A stretch of DNA of 64,000 nucleotides from Adineta vaga. Lineage: Eukaryota; Animalia; Rotifera. Below the pieces are notes generated by a model. That model saw only the letters and a program-made list of their open reading frames with translations. It had not been told where the DNA came from and did no database searches. A program made the position numbers and the translations under genes. Location: the NCBI GenBank assembly GCA_021613535.1, contig CP075492.1, positions 19,902,001 through 19,966,000 of the forward strand, read 5' to 3'. Each line of letters starts with the position of its first letter. The stretch's first letter is position 1. Positions 1 through 15,000 of the stretch are shown here, in pieces.

Positions 1-3000
1 TTCATTCATATTATCAGAACTTTGAACATAAGCAATTAAATGATCATCACCCCATTTCATCACAATACACACAGAAATAGATGATATGTTAAGTAAACAT
101 CGTTCTATTTCACCAAGTTCAATACGTTGTCCATGTAATTTGATTTGATGATCTTTTCTTCCTTGATAATGAAGAAGACCATTACTATCCCTTTTGACGA
201 GATCACCTGTTCGATAATATATTTCACTATCGATTTCAATAAATGCTTTTGATGTCAAATCATCACGTCCAAGATAGCCAGCAAAGACACCAACTCCTCC
301 TACAAACAATTCAGCTTCTTCATTGATCATCACATTTTGCAAGAATTCATCTAGAACTAGAGTTCGATAATTTGCAAGGGGTGCACCTATGGGAATGCTC
401 TGTATATTGGATGATATGTTGATATCATAGAATGTGCAAGCAATAGTTGTTTCCGCTGGTCCGTATAGATTCCATAGAAGACAGTTTTGCAAATTGATGT
501 TTTTGATTGAATCAATCAATTTAATCGTGAAAGGTTCACCTATAAATGAAAAATCAAATGAGTTAAGATGAAGAAATAACTTCATGTCACATGCTCACCA
601 ATACTACAAAGCGATCGAAGATATGCGAAGCCATCAAACATATTACATAGTTTCACAAAAGCGAAAAAACTCTGTAATAAACTCGGTACAGCATGCATAT
701 ATGTGATTTGTTTATTTCGTAAAACTTCATATAAATAATCAAAATCAATTGTTCCTCTTGGATGAAGCATAACTAATGTGGCACCATGGATTAAAATACC
801 AAGTATTTCTTGAACATGAATATCAAATGAACATCGTGCCATTTGTATAGCTATATCGTATTGATTGAATGAATCAATAAAAGTTAAAGAATCGATACAT
901 TTAACGAAATTCTCATGTCGAACTTGAGCCTACAAAGAAGAAGAGTAAAAACAGTTAAATATTTAAAAAAAAGAAGGAAACAATTAACAAACCGCTTTTG
1001 GTATTCCAGTTGAACCACTTGTAAAGATGATGTAAGCTATGTTATGAGATGTCACTCTTATACTTGATAATTCATCAATATCAACATTATTCTCCATATC
1101 ATTGTTAGTTAATATAGAATCCATATTAACTAAGATAATATTATCATTAAACTTCTCTTTAGTCAATGAATGAACAAGAACAAGACGAGATTGAGTTTGT
1201 TCTATGAGAGAATATAATCGATGTTGTGGATCTCGTGCTGATAATGGACAATAAACACTACCAATCATTTCAATGGCCATTATACCAATAACCTATTCAA
1301 GATCAATATTCATTCTCATTCTCATTCTCATTCTCATTCTCATCAACTACTCACCATTGGTATACTTCTCTCGACACATTGACAAATTATTTCACCTACA
1401 CAGATATGATATTCATTGAGTAGATTCGAAGATAACAATTGAACATAATACAAAAGTTCAGAATATGTCAAAGATTGATCATCTAATTCAACAGCTAACT
1501 TTTGTGGATATATCTTTGCTTTCGAAGCAAACTCATGATGAATACAATTAGTAGTAGTCGAAGAAGAAGGAAATGATATTTGTGTTTGATTTAGAGATTG
1601 TATTAGAAATTGTTCATTTGGTAACAGTAATGATAACTCATAGATTGATGTCTCTTTTCTAGTAGTATGAATAGATGTCGATAAATGATGTAACATTGAA
1701 TGAAATTGATGTGAAATCTTTTCAATTGTCTTCACATTGAATAAATCAAGAGATGCATTGATTGTGCATGAGAGTTCATTCATATCTAGATTATGTTGAT
1801 AACTAACGATAAAATCAAATTTACTCATGATTTCATCTTCACTAATCTTAAGTGACAATGGTACTAAAGAAAGTTGACTATCACCAATTCTTATTTCATT
1901 ATTGTTGTTATATGATATGAATTCAAATGATATGTCGAGAAATGCAGGATGTAATATATTAGGATGTTGATCAAGGATACGTTGAAGTGGAAAATATGAA
2001 TATTTCATACTATTTCTTATCATTTCACTAACATAATCGAGTAGTTGACAAAAAGACCAATGAGAATCTAATTGGCATCGTAATGGAATAGCATTTACAA
2101 ACATACCAATCACTGACTTGAGTTCATCTCTATATCGACCATGTGTATTCATTCCAATGCATAGATCATTTTCTCTATTTGTTAATTTAAATAAGAAGAT
2201 GTAGTAGATTGCAAGAGATAGATGTTCGATGGAATGATTGTGTGCGGATGCATAGGAAAGAAGATGACGTGAAAGATCTTGACCAAAATCAAAAGAAATG
2301 AATGTTCCACGACCTGTTCGATGTTCATTTACAAGACGATATCGATCATATGGTAATGATAAAGATTGATCAAGTTTGCAATCATAAAGAGTATCATGCC
2401 AAAACAGATTTGCGCCACTCATCGGCATTTGTCGTTCAATAACAGCATCTAGATGAAAAAGAAAGAATCGATGAATTAAGAAAGAAATAGAGTTTTAGTT
2501 ACAATCAACATAACGTGGAATAGTATCATCGGTGTTAGATAGTTGACTTGTTGTATATGCTTGATTAAGATCATGAAGAAACACATTCATTGATGGAACA
2601 TCAAAAGTAGCATGATGAAAATTGAAAATAATTACATCTTTGTCAGAGAGAAGATCATTTGAAGAGATGTGTTTGTAGTAAATAAGATGACATCGAAAGA
2701 CAAGACCTTGAGCTAGATGAAAAAGTTGAGGATTACGTTTTTCTTCATGTATTATATTAGTGAGTTGTTGATGTGTTTCATAAGTGCTTTGAATAAATGT
2801 AAATAATGTATTGTTATCATTGTTCGAAGTCATGATTTGTTGCATGAATGAGTTTGTTTCTGTATTAAAGACAAGTGATGTACGAAGTGATTCATGTTTT
2901 GTAAGGATTAGTTGAAGAGCATTGTAGAGTTGTTTAATTGATAGAGTATGTGTTGAGGAGAGATGATAAACAAAAGGCATATTGTAGATTGCTACTTGTG

Positions 3001-3066
3001 GTTTCTCAGGATCAAAACGAATTCGTTCATCAAGCCAAATACGAGCTTGTGCAAATGATGCTGGTG
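1..3066 (-). CDS. NRPS cassette 4 (C-A..., cut by the window edge); A-domain code about DIQHCILIAK
   Basis: Five exons visible; near-identical to cassette 1 from about 2450 to 290 and identical to cassette 2 (16148-16430) over about 283-1. Confidence 0.9.
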
Positions 3067-6000
3067 CTACAATGTGTCATATTGTTATTAATGTGTGTGA
3101 ATGAAAAAAAACAATTTTTGTAAATTGCGGAGTATGATTGTGTATTGACTCTTCACGAGGCATTCCTGATGATGCATTTCAAAAAGTGACAGTGAAATTT
3201 TTTTTATATATTCGTAACTGAATAAACTAGCTTGTTTTTAAATGAAGTCTATAAGATTATGTCACTTTGAATGAGATTTGCTCAGTTTGAGAGATATCAG
3301 AAACATAGAATTTGAGTTTGCAATATGTGGTGAATCCATTTCATCACTTCTATTTCGAACTTAAAATGCGACATTGGTACTCAAACGGCTTCTTGTAAAT
3401 GAAGATAAGCATAGACAAAATTATGCCGAATAGAACCATTATTTGTCAGCTACAGTTCTTCACAGTGAGAGTGAAGTTTCGAGATAGAACTCTCATAAAT
3501 TTCTAAAACTATCTTAAATTGACGACATATGTATTTAGAAAGAAACACTACGATGTAAAATTCATTTTCGTCGCTTGGACCATTTCAATTTACTCGTGAA
3601 ACCATATGAGTAAAAATCAAGGGGAGATCAACGTTACTCCAGTACTCCACTATACTCCATTCGTACACGACGAAGAGAAAACAGTCGATATTCGAGTTTT
3701 CCAGAAAATGTTGGAGTACGAGTGAAGTAAGCGGAGTATTAGAGTAGTTGTTTTTCCCCTTGCATTTCGTACATTACTACAGCATCTTATCATTCGGTCA
3801 ATAATGAATTGGCTAAACGTTTCGTTCGTTCATTTAAACAAAGAATGCTACAAAAACAGCATTTAGGACATATGAACGAATCCATTGCTTTACGTAATGT
3901 GTTAAGATCCTTTCGTTAGTGTCCACATACATCTATTGATTCCTCTTCAGCAAATTCATTATTTCGACATTCAATTCGTACAGAATTTAATATTATGAAA
4001 CTAACTCCATCATCACTACCTACATCATTATAACAACCAAAATTCTCTGTTGGTCGATTAGTGTGGACATTGAAATCTTCACACAATCATCGTCCACAAT
4101 GGGGTAATACCTAATTATTAAACCAATTGGTTCAATGTTATACGAAGTTCGATTATGCAATGGTTAATTATGTAAATGTCACCATAATTAGCTTCGTTCT
4201 TCTTATTCTCCTCAATCAGTGCCATCAACTTAATACAGCTTATCAAGTTATTTAGCAGCTTCTGCATCATCAGTAAAAAGAACTTCAATTACTTTGATTA
4301 CTTCTACATCAAGATGATCTCAACGACATCGACATGCTCGTGTTCGTTATTCTCCTTTGTAATTATTTTGGAACACCTTCGTTTCATGCGTGACTAATAG
4401 TCACCGGTTATATTACGGTTATATATCTACATAGTTTTCTCTTCTTCCCTTGTTACTAATTAACATAGAACTCACGTTCATCTCTCAAAAGCACAAATAC
4501 TATAACAAAGTTCCCGATTTAATTCACTCTTCTAGTGAACAAATTCTGATGTGGACTACCTCCCCATAAATCCAGCTGAATTCTATATTCACTGAGGACC
4601 CATAAGAATCGGATTATTCCCTCTTGGGAATATGCATCAACAAGAACAATACGTTTTGAATTAGAGTAGAAACCTACCTTCATCTACGATATTTGATTGT
4701 CGCTGAAATATAACATTCTTAATTTCTTTAGCTTCCTTTGGCAATATAAGATTGAGTTTCGATATAGTTGCCACACAGGTTTCCACTCCATCCACTATTT
4801 CATTTGATGGAAAAAATTGTTCCAAACAAAATGAAAACCTTTCAGCTATATGTGCAACAGTTCCATCATCAAATAAATCAGAAGAACATATCAAATCAAA
4901 TGATAATCTGTTATTTTTTAACGCTGGATTATAAACAAATGTTAACATAAAATCGAATTTAGCTTTTTCATATGATTTTTCTAATGGTACTTGCTCCAAT
5001 TGTGTATCATTCATCGATAAGTAAGTCTCACCTTCTGACAAAGTGACGAAATCGAACATTGTTTCCAGAAAACCAAGATTAGATTGGTTGAGATGGAAGT
5101 CACTGAGAATATGTTGAAGTGGATAATGAGAATGTTCAAGTATTGATAAACATTTCTCTTGTATATATCTAACAACTTCATTGAATGACCAATGATGATC
5201 AAGTTGAATACGATATGGTAATGTTGACACAAACATTCCTATCATATTATACAATTCAGAACGATATCGATTAGCATTTATAGTACCAACACATAAATCA
5301 GTTTCATTATGTGATAATTTGAATAGAAAGACATAAAATATCGAGAGTCCAAGTTGAAAAAGTGTCAGATGATGTGATGAGGCATAATTTAGAAATGGTG
5401 TACATATAGTATCATTTAATATTATTTGAGTTGTAGAAGCTAAACCAGATTGCTGCTGAATTGATGTACGAGATCGATCATATGGTAATGATAATGAATG
5501 TTGAAAATCACATCCTTGTAGTTGAGAATACCAAAATTCATGAGATAATGTCATATCCATAATATGTTCATGAATAGAATAATCAACGTATTGAAATGGA
5601 TTGTCGTCGACAAAAACTAAATTATTGTCTCGATAAGCAAGAGAAAGATCACGAATAAAGATTGATGTTGATGCACCGTCAAAGAAAGCATGATGAATAG
5701 TAAATAATATTAAATCATCTGCAGTCAACATATCACTTTCTTCATTTGAACTATTATGAGAACGAAGAATATGACAATTAATAACATGTCCTTTTGATAG
5801 ATCAAATAAACCATATTTGTTTAAGATTTTCTTTACAATTTCATTCTTGTCCGTGTTTTCTTTGGAAACATTCACTATTGAAAAGCTATTTGTTTCCGTA
5901 TTATTGATTAAAATACTCAGATCTCGACAATCTTGTGCAATAACACCATTTCGATCAAGATAAAGTGCTGTTCGAAGAATCTTGTGTTTTCTTATGACAG

Positions 6001-9000
6001 ATTGATATGCATGTTGTAATCGTGAAATTGATATATGATCAGTTATCGACGATAAACGATATATAAATGGAATAACATACATATTAGTATTGTCATTTGT
6101 CGAAGATGAAAAACGAATGTGTTCATCTAAGAAAATGCGTTCTTGGGCAAAGGATGCTTTAGCTGAAATGAGATATAGAATGTGATTATTGCAGTATTTT
6201 TCAGATTATACTTTTACCTGTAAGGATATTTAATGAATACCAGCAACCGTCATCGTTACTCAATTTGGAATTCAGAATCTCATGAATAAGCTGTGCATGA
6301 CCGATAACAGTTGGGTATTGAAATAGATCACTAATAGCAATGGAATTTACTTCTAATTGAAATTCTATTTTATACTGATGTAGAAGTTGCATAATAACTA
6401 ATGAATGACCACCAATCGTGAATATGTTTGTATTAATAGAGATCTGTTGTTGTTTTAATACGCCACACCATATACGATGGATAATAGATTGAATTTCACT
6501 TGTTGGTTCTAGCAATTCGTTACCGTCATTAAGATTTATTGAAGAGAGAGAAACGAAATCAGGTAAAGGGAGCTGTTTTCGATCTATTTTTCCATTTGGA
6601 TTTAACGGTAACTTTTCAAGAATAATAAAACAAGATGGAATCATATGTGGAGGTAGATGTGATTGACAATGTTCACGTAACTCATTTTCATTTACGATCG
6701 AACTTTGAACATAAGCGACTAAATGATCTTCACCGCATTTGATGACAACGCAAGTAGATATCGATGTGATACTAAGTAAACATCGTTCAATTTCACCGAG
6801 TTCAATTCTTTGTCCGTGTAATTTGATTTGGTGATCTTTTCTTCCTTGGTAATAGAGAAGACCATTATGGTCTATTTTTACGAGATCACCAGTTCGGTAA
6901 AATTTTTCATCATTAATTTGAAGAAGAACTTTGGATGTTAAATCGATACGGTTAAGATAGCCAGCGAATACACCAGCACCACCAATAAATAGTTCACCTT
7001 GTTGGCCGACGAGCGCATATTGAAAATATATATCCAATACTTTATAATACTCGTTAGGGAGTAATCTACCAAGCGCGATAAGTGATTCACGGCGCGCGGA
7101 ATCGATGCAGTGACAGAAGGAAACAACTGTAGTTTCAGCTGGCGCATATATATTATATAAACCACAGTTGTTGTTAATGTGTTTTAATAAGCGATGAACA
7201 AGTTTGTTTGATATAGGTTCTCCTAGAAATCTTATAAGTACATTCAACACTCTTTCTGTAATTTACTTACCACCAAAACACAGTGATCGTAGCGTCAACA
7301 AAGAATCACCATGTGAACGTTCAATAGCTTCACACAAATAATCCAGGAATGTCGGAACAGGTGCGATACATGTGATTTCTTTAGTTTCGCATATATTCAT
7401 AAAATACAAAAAGTCCATGTTCCCATACGGATGTAACAGCACAAGAGCTGAAGACAAAAATAAGCTACCGATGATTTCCATGACATGCACGTCGTACGTA
7501 GGAGCACATATTTGGGCCATAACATCATTCTTCTGCAACACTCCAGTATTTTGTAAACCTTGAATAAAATTTGAGAAATTTCGGTGTGTGGTTTGAACCT
7601 AAAAAAGCAACAAACTGCAAGCGATATAACACAGTGTGTAAAAAGCATACTGCTTTCGGTATGCCAGTCGAACCACTTGTAAAAATAATGTAAGCTATAT
7701 TATTAGATGATACTGTTATCCTTGAAAGTTTCTCTAGCTTGAAATCACCGCTCAAATCTGTATTAGTCACTGTTTCATCAATATCCAATAAGTTCGTAAT
7801 ATGAGGAATTTTTGTGATAGTAGTTCGATGAACAATAACCAGGTGAGACAGTGTTTGTTGTATAAGAGCATGTAAACGGTCTTTTGGATCTCGAGGTGAT
7901 AATGGACAATATACACCACCTACCATTAAAATTCCCATTATGCCAATCACCTAAATTACAGAAAACTTCCTAAGTCGAAATAATACATACTTATTTAAAG
8001 CCACTTACCATTGATATACTTCTTTCGACGCATTGACAAACAATATCACCAACCTTTACACAACATTTATCCAATAAAGTCAAAGACAACACTTGAACAT
8101 AATATAACAGCTCACAATATGTCAACGATTGTTCATCCAGTTCAACAGCTAACTTTTGTGGATATATCATTGCTTTAGAAACAAATTCATGGTGAATACA
8201 ATTGACAGAAGGAAATGATATTTGTGTATTATTCATTGATTGTAGAAGTAATTGTTCATTTGGTAATGTTAGTGAGAATTCATAGAGTGGTTTACTCAAT
8301 TGACTATGAATACAGGTAGATAACTGATGTAACATTGAATGAAACTGTTGTGAAATCTTATTAACGGTTTCCACATGAAACAAATCCATTGATGCATCGA
8401 TTGTATATGATAGTTTATTCAGATCCGAATTATAATGAAAACTAAGAATAAAATCAAATTTACTCATGACTTCATCTTCGCTAATACAAATTGAATATGG
8501 TGCAAGGATGAGCTCATTATCACCTAGCATTATTTTGTTTGCGTCTTCGCTCGTCATAAATGATGTAAAGTCGAATGACGTGTCAAGAAAAGCAGGATTT
8601 GATACATGAGGATGTTGATCAAGAATACGCTGAAGTGGAAAATATGCATATTTCATACTATTTGTGATCAACACTCGCATCTGATCAGTGAATATATGAA
8701 AGGATGAATGAGGATCAAGTTGACATTGTAGAGGAATAGCGTTTACAAACATTCCAATGATAGATCTCAGTTCATCTCGATATCGTCCGTCTGTGTTCAC
8801 TCCAATGCATAAATCTTTTTCTCCATTGGTTAATTTGAATAAGAAAATGAAGTAAGTGATGAGTGCCAAACATTCAAGTGACATGTTACTTGTCGATGCA
8901 TACAAAAGAAAGTCATGTGAAAGATCTTGTCCAAAATCAAAAGAAGTCGAAGTTCCACGACCAGTTCGATGTTCATTTGAAAGACGATATCGATCATATG

Positions 9001-12000
9001 GTAATGGTAGAGATTGATCAAGTTTACTATCATGTAGAGCATCAAGCCAAAACATTTCTGCACCAGTCATTGGTATTTGTTGTTCGATAGCAGCATCTAA
9101 AAGACAACGACGAGTGATATATGAGAAAGAGAAAAGTGAAATAAATGTGTATATTTACAATCAAGGTAACGTAGATTAGTTTCTTCGTTGTTGTCAAGTA
9201 ATTGACCTGTTGTATATGCTTGATTAAGATCATGAACAAATATATTCATTGATGGGAAATCAAATGAAGCATGATGAAAGTTAAAAATGATTACATCCTT
9301 CTCCGAAAGTAGCATTTCGGAAGAGATCTGTTTGTAATAAAGAAGATGACATCGAAAGACGAGACCGTGAGTGAGATTAAAAAGTTGAGAATTTTGTTTC
9401 TCTTCGTCTATGATATTGTTCAATTGTTCTTGAGTTTCATAAGTACTTTCAATAAATGTAAATAATGTCATGTGATTACTGTTATTAACTTGCACAATTC
9501 GTTGCATCAATATATTTTTATCCTTGTCGAAAATGAATGCAGTATGAAGTGAAAGATGTTTGTTGACAGTGAGATTGAGTGCATGTTGAAGTTGTTTTAC
9601 TGATATAGTATTATTTGGAGAAAGATGATAAATGAAAGACATGTTATAGATTGCTGCTTGTGAATTTTTGGGATCGAATCGCATTTGTTCATCGAGCCAA
9701 ATGCGAGCTTGTGCATAGGATGTTGGTGCTATATTAAATGTAGTATATGTGTGTAATAGTAGAAACATCAAGGATGTAAAAGAGACGATGTAGCATTCTA
9801 TCTACTGATAATTTTATTTGTGGCCGTAGGCGGCGTAGCGTATAGGGTTGAAAAGCTTGTGCCCCACTTGAATTTTGCTCCTGTAGGCTCGGTCTCATCT
9901 GAATTACAGCTGTAAAGTTTGATCACAGGGTTGGTTGTTTAGCTGGACAGTTCTATGTTCTCGCAGCATTTAACACTATGCATAGGTTTTTGTGTACTCA
10001 AAAAGTGAGTACACTACTAAAATCGGTCTGTATGTCCGGCCGTTTATCCGATAACTTTCGAAAGGAGAGTCCGATTGAGCTGAAATTTTCTACACAGTTT
10101 AGACTCAGTAATATCTCAGTCGAGTTCGAAGATGAGACCGATCGGTCAAGAATTGCTTGAGTTCTCGTAAAAATACTGAAAACTGGCCAGACCATCACTG
10201 AGGAGGAGTACGGGGATTTGTTGCAAAAATTTTTTTCCGTCATTTTCACAGGATATATCGGTCTGTTGGACTTCATGTGCATTACCTTTGTGTCCTCAAG
10301 TCCTGAGAGTGAATGTGGGTGATATAAGTGATCTGGGTGAAATTTCACCCAGATGGTTTTATGATGGGTAAAATCTCCCAACTTTATATGGTGGTTTCCT
10401 AGGCACGATATAATGTCGAGAACATGTTGGAACCTGAGTTGAAACTATAGATAGGGGTTATTTGAGGGACCTGGGTGAAATTTTACCCAAGTGGTTCCGT
10501 GATAGATAACAGCGTCAAACTTTCCATGGTGCTTTCCTAGGTCTAGAAAAAGATCAACAGAATGTTGGTATACAAGTACGGGGGTAGGGAGGGATGACCT
10601 GGGTGAAATCTCACCCAGGTGGTTTTGTGATAGATAATGTCATCGAACTTTCTACGGTGCTTTCCTAGGTCTAGAAAAAGGTCAAGAGAGTGTTGGCAGA
10701 CGAGCAGGGGGTAACAGGGGTGCAGAATATGGTCGTGTGCGCCGACGCGTGTTGGGGAAAAGTTTAGGCGTTGAAATATTTTTAAATGTAATATTAGCAG
10801 CAATATTTTTTCTGTAGATAAGAAAATAAGTTTTGTATGTAGATTATCTAATTTGTTTACTCATATAGAATTATATAACTGTTTGTCTTTTTGTTTCTTA
10901 TGACAATTAATATGTTCTAGCATAAGCATACATAAACTCTGTGTTTTAATTTGTTTTATTTTTTTCTATCATTTAACCCTTCGTCGTTGTCGTGGGGTCC
11001 AAGCGGACCCACCACTTGTCTATATCTTCTGACAAGACTGCAGTTGACGTTTTGGTTTGCTATTTTTGAATAGTGCATACTAACCCCAGCCCATATAGAA
11101 AGATTGGATTTCCTCTCTGCTGTGCCCAAGTAATTATAAGACTACAACTGAAGGCTCAAAATGAGGACAGCTACGAAGGGTTAAGTAACGATATAAAATA
11201 TCTCGTGCGGTTTATATTGTTGTTATACTTAAAATTTGTTTTCGTTATTTCTAACATGTATAAAAACAATCTAAAGCATGGCGATGTATAAAGATATATA
11301 CAAGAAACAAGACAAAAAGAAAATATTCAGGAGAAAAAAAATGAATATTAAATGCGAAGTCAGGAGAGTGATAAACGTAAATCATAAACTTTGCTTGCCC
11401 TTCTTTTATTCTTTACGTTGTTTATTCAAACTTTCAGTCGTTTAAAGTTCTCTCAGTTATAAAAATTGGAAATGTTTCCAAGTAAAGAACAAGCACCACG
11501 GTGACCAGAATTAGTCGATGATTGATGGAACTGATTGTGTTTTATGATTATCTTATTTTGGGCACAGTAGTTTCTTTTCTTCCTACATTTCTTTTTAAAA
11601 ATATATATTTGAAAACAGAACATTTATTTTTATTTTGATATTGAGAGAAATTTTCAATCAATTTTTCTTCGTTGAGGGAAATTTTTCGTTTTAACGACAA
11701 ATTCTGCAGCCCTAGGGGTAGGGAGAGGTAACCTGAGGAAAATTTCACCAAGGTAGTTGCGTGATAGATAAAGTCATCAAACTTTTCATCGTGCTTTCCT
11801 AGGTCTAGAAAATGGTCAAGAGAGTGTTAGCGTCAGCAGGGTGAGTGTGAAGAATCAGTGAGAGAACGATGCGACATATGATATGAAGAAATAAAGGAAA
11901 GCGTAACTCCATCAGCGCTAAAGCCTCTTCTATCAAAAAACATCACAATGAGGGTCAGCAGGGAGACCTTTTGTGGCTTTCAAGCAAGTATTCTTTGTAT

Positions 12001-15000
12001 TATTTCACTTTAACAAAGTCATTCTAAGTGTGCTAGTTGGCGAAAAATGTAGAAATTCATTCAAAACATAATTTCTTTGAATTTGAAGGCCACAGATGAA
12101 CATAATCCAGGTATCAATAATACGTTATTGAGAACAGATTTAGAACCTCGTAGTTTTTCAAGTGTACGGAAAAAGTGAGTGCATAATTAGAATCAATCGA
12201 TGTGTCCGTCCATCGGTTCGTTTACACGATAACTCCCGAAAAGCTAATCCGATTATGATGAAACTTGCCAGAGTATTGTCACATCAATATCTCACTCGAG
12301 TTCGAAGATGAGCGTGATTGGACGAGCCATTGCTGAGTTATTGAAAAACTACTGATATTTCCCTATATCTTCTATCTCATACACTTTTTGCAGTACACAT
12401 AACTTTCGGATAAAATCCGAAGTTTCCGTATTTATTTATCAATTGAGATGAGAAATTAAGATCGTAAAAGAGTTCAACATAAATATTGTGGTCACTTCAA
12501 GTAGCATATTTTATTTTATACACTCAAAGTAGTATACGAAGTCGACTGCTTATATTACGTCGTGCATTACTAAGAGATGTAACTATATTTCGACCGTGTG
12601 TATTCTTCTTTTTTATATGATTCCTTAATTCCTTGGCTTGAGTGGAAATACGACACTAGAAGTTATAAACTCTGCAAGAATAATCACTAAATATATTCTC
12701 AAAAGAATTGATTGTCATGATTTTCTCAATGTATTTAACGTCATAACTCTCATCTGATGATACAAGACTAACAGCAGCACTGTCAATATAAGCAGAATCT
12801 TATTTTTATATTAGTGCTGCTTTTGATAACGAGTGAGGCGTGTCATCAAAACGATTTAACAAATCAATACTTTCGTATTAGAAAAGAAAAAGGTAAAAAG
12901 TCAAATACAATATTCCGCAGGTGGAGAAGTTCTTCTGGTGGATTTCAATGATATTTCAACGAGTTCTCAACAAACAAATTAAGTTAGTAAATATCATTAT
13001 TGGTTAGAAATGCAACTTGTATTGTTACATTCTTTAACTTCATGACATTCTAGTGAAGAGAGTGAATTAGTTTTACTACACTTATGAAAAGCAACGGTGT
13101 ATTGATTATCCTGGGCGAACCTTTTATAAAGTGGATAATGTAAAAAATAGAATAGTTGTGAAAGGGAGTGAAAATTAAACAAAATACTGGTGATATGCAT
13201 TACGTCTATTTGTTTCTCCCCATCTTCTTTGAAAGGCATTCGTTTCTTGCATGACTCATAGTCACGAGTTATACTACATATATATATATGGATAAATTGC
13301 AAAATTATTGTACCATGTTGAGTAAAAATAGAAGAAAAAAAAATTTCGATTTTCGAGCCGATAACCATTGCATCTTATTACCCTATATAAGAAATGTGTA
13401 TGAATAAAAGTTCCCAACTACCACTATTATATCAGCTGGAATATATTGAGAATTCTAAGAAGTGTCAAAAATCATTATACATTGTTATTATGCAAGAAGC
13501 AAAATCAGACCGGTATTTTTTTAATAAAGTTTGATAGAAGCCATCTATAGATCTCAGATTTTGACCATTGGAAAAAATAAATGACGACGCATCGAAGCTT
13601 TTACTATCAGACTTTCTAATGGATTTTCTTACATTTTCAAAACCGTTTTTCTATACAAAATACCGGAAAATAATCTCTTGGAAAATACGCACCACATAAA
13701 ATAGTAAATTTTCTTGAAAAGCAGAGGAAAAATCGTCTTAAACAGTCACTTTAAAACGTAAAACTTATAAGTATGACTACTATTCGCTTCAATCCTAGTT
13801 ATGATATAATCATCAGTAAAAAACATCTAATCGGCCCAATTTCTCAAAAATCTCGTCTGACAACTACATTTTGAGATCTTATTTGATATTCTTTTGCTAA
13901 CATGAATAAGCGAAACCTTTTCATTGTCTTTGTTGAATTTATTGCCCACTAGTGACCTTCAATTTAAAGCGTGTCAGAAAAATTTTGAATATTTTCTTAC
14001 ATCTCTAACGTAAGTACAAAATACTTAAGTAAAGTGCCAGGTACATGAAACTAGCACAAAGTAATTATACTTCTTCTTGTCCAGTCTCTAAGTTAAACAA
14101 ATAATCATACCTTCATCAGTAATATTGTCTAATCTATGGAAGATTATTGATTTCATTTGTTCAGCTTCTTCTGGTAGAATAAGAGAGAGTTTGTTAATCG
14201 ATGTCTTAGACTCATGCATCGTAGTATCACGAGACTTCGTCTGAAAAAGTTGTTCGAGGAAATATTGAAATCTTTGAGCAATTTTTGTCACTGTTCTTCT
14301 CTCAAAAAGATCATATGAGCAAACAAATGCACATGACAACTCATTAACAATCGATGTCGACTTGTTCAAAAAATGCAATGAAAAGTCAAATTTCGCCACT
14401 TGATATGATTGTTCTAGTGACACTTTCTCCAAATCTACGCCATTCATACATAACTCATTGACATCTTCTGATTCAGTGATAAAGTCAAACATTGTTTCAA
14501 GAAATGAAGCATTTGATTGATTAACATGTAGGTCACTAAGAATATGTTGAAGTGGATAATGAGAATGTTCAAGTATTGATAAACATTTCTCTTGTACATA
14601 TGTAACAACTTCATTGAATGACCAATGATGATCAAGTTGAATACGATATGGTAATGTTGACACAAACATTCCTATCACATTGATGATTTCACTTCGATAT
14701 CGATTAGCATTTATACTAGCAATACATATATCATTTTCATGATGAGTTAATTTGAATAGAAAGACATAAAATATCGAGAGTCCAAGTTGAAAAAGTGTCA
14801 GATGATGTGATGAGGCATAATTTAGAAATGATGTACATATATCATCATCAAAAGTAATTTCAACAGTAGAAGCTAAGCCTGTTCGTTGATTCGTTGATAA
14901 ACGAGATCGATCAATTGGTAATAATAATTGATGATCAAGATTATATCCTTTGAGCTCTGATCGCCAGAAGTGTTGAGATAATGTCATATCCATAATATGT

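Noticed and set aside
10333-10700. CRISPR-like array
   Set aside because: The units are long and degenerate, have no unique spacers of constant length, and lie in a eukaryotic intron with no cas genes.
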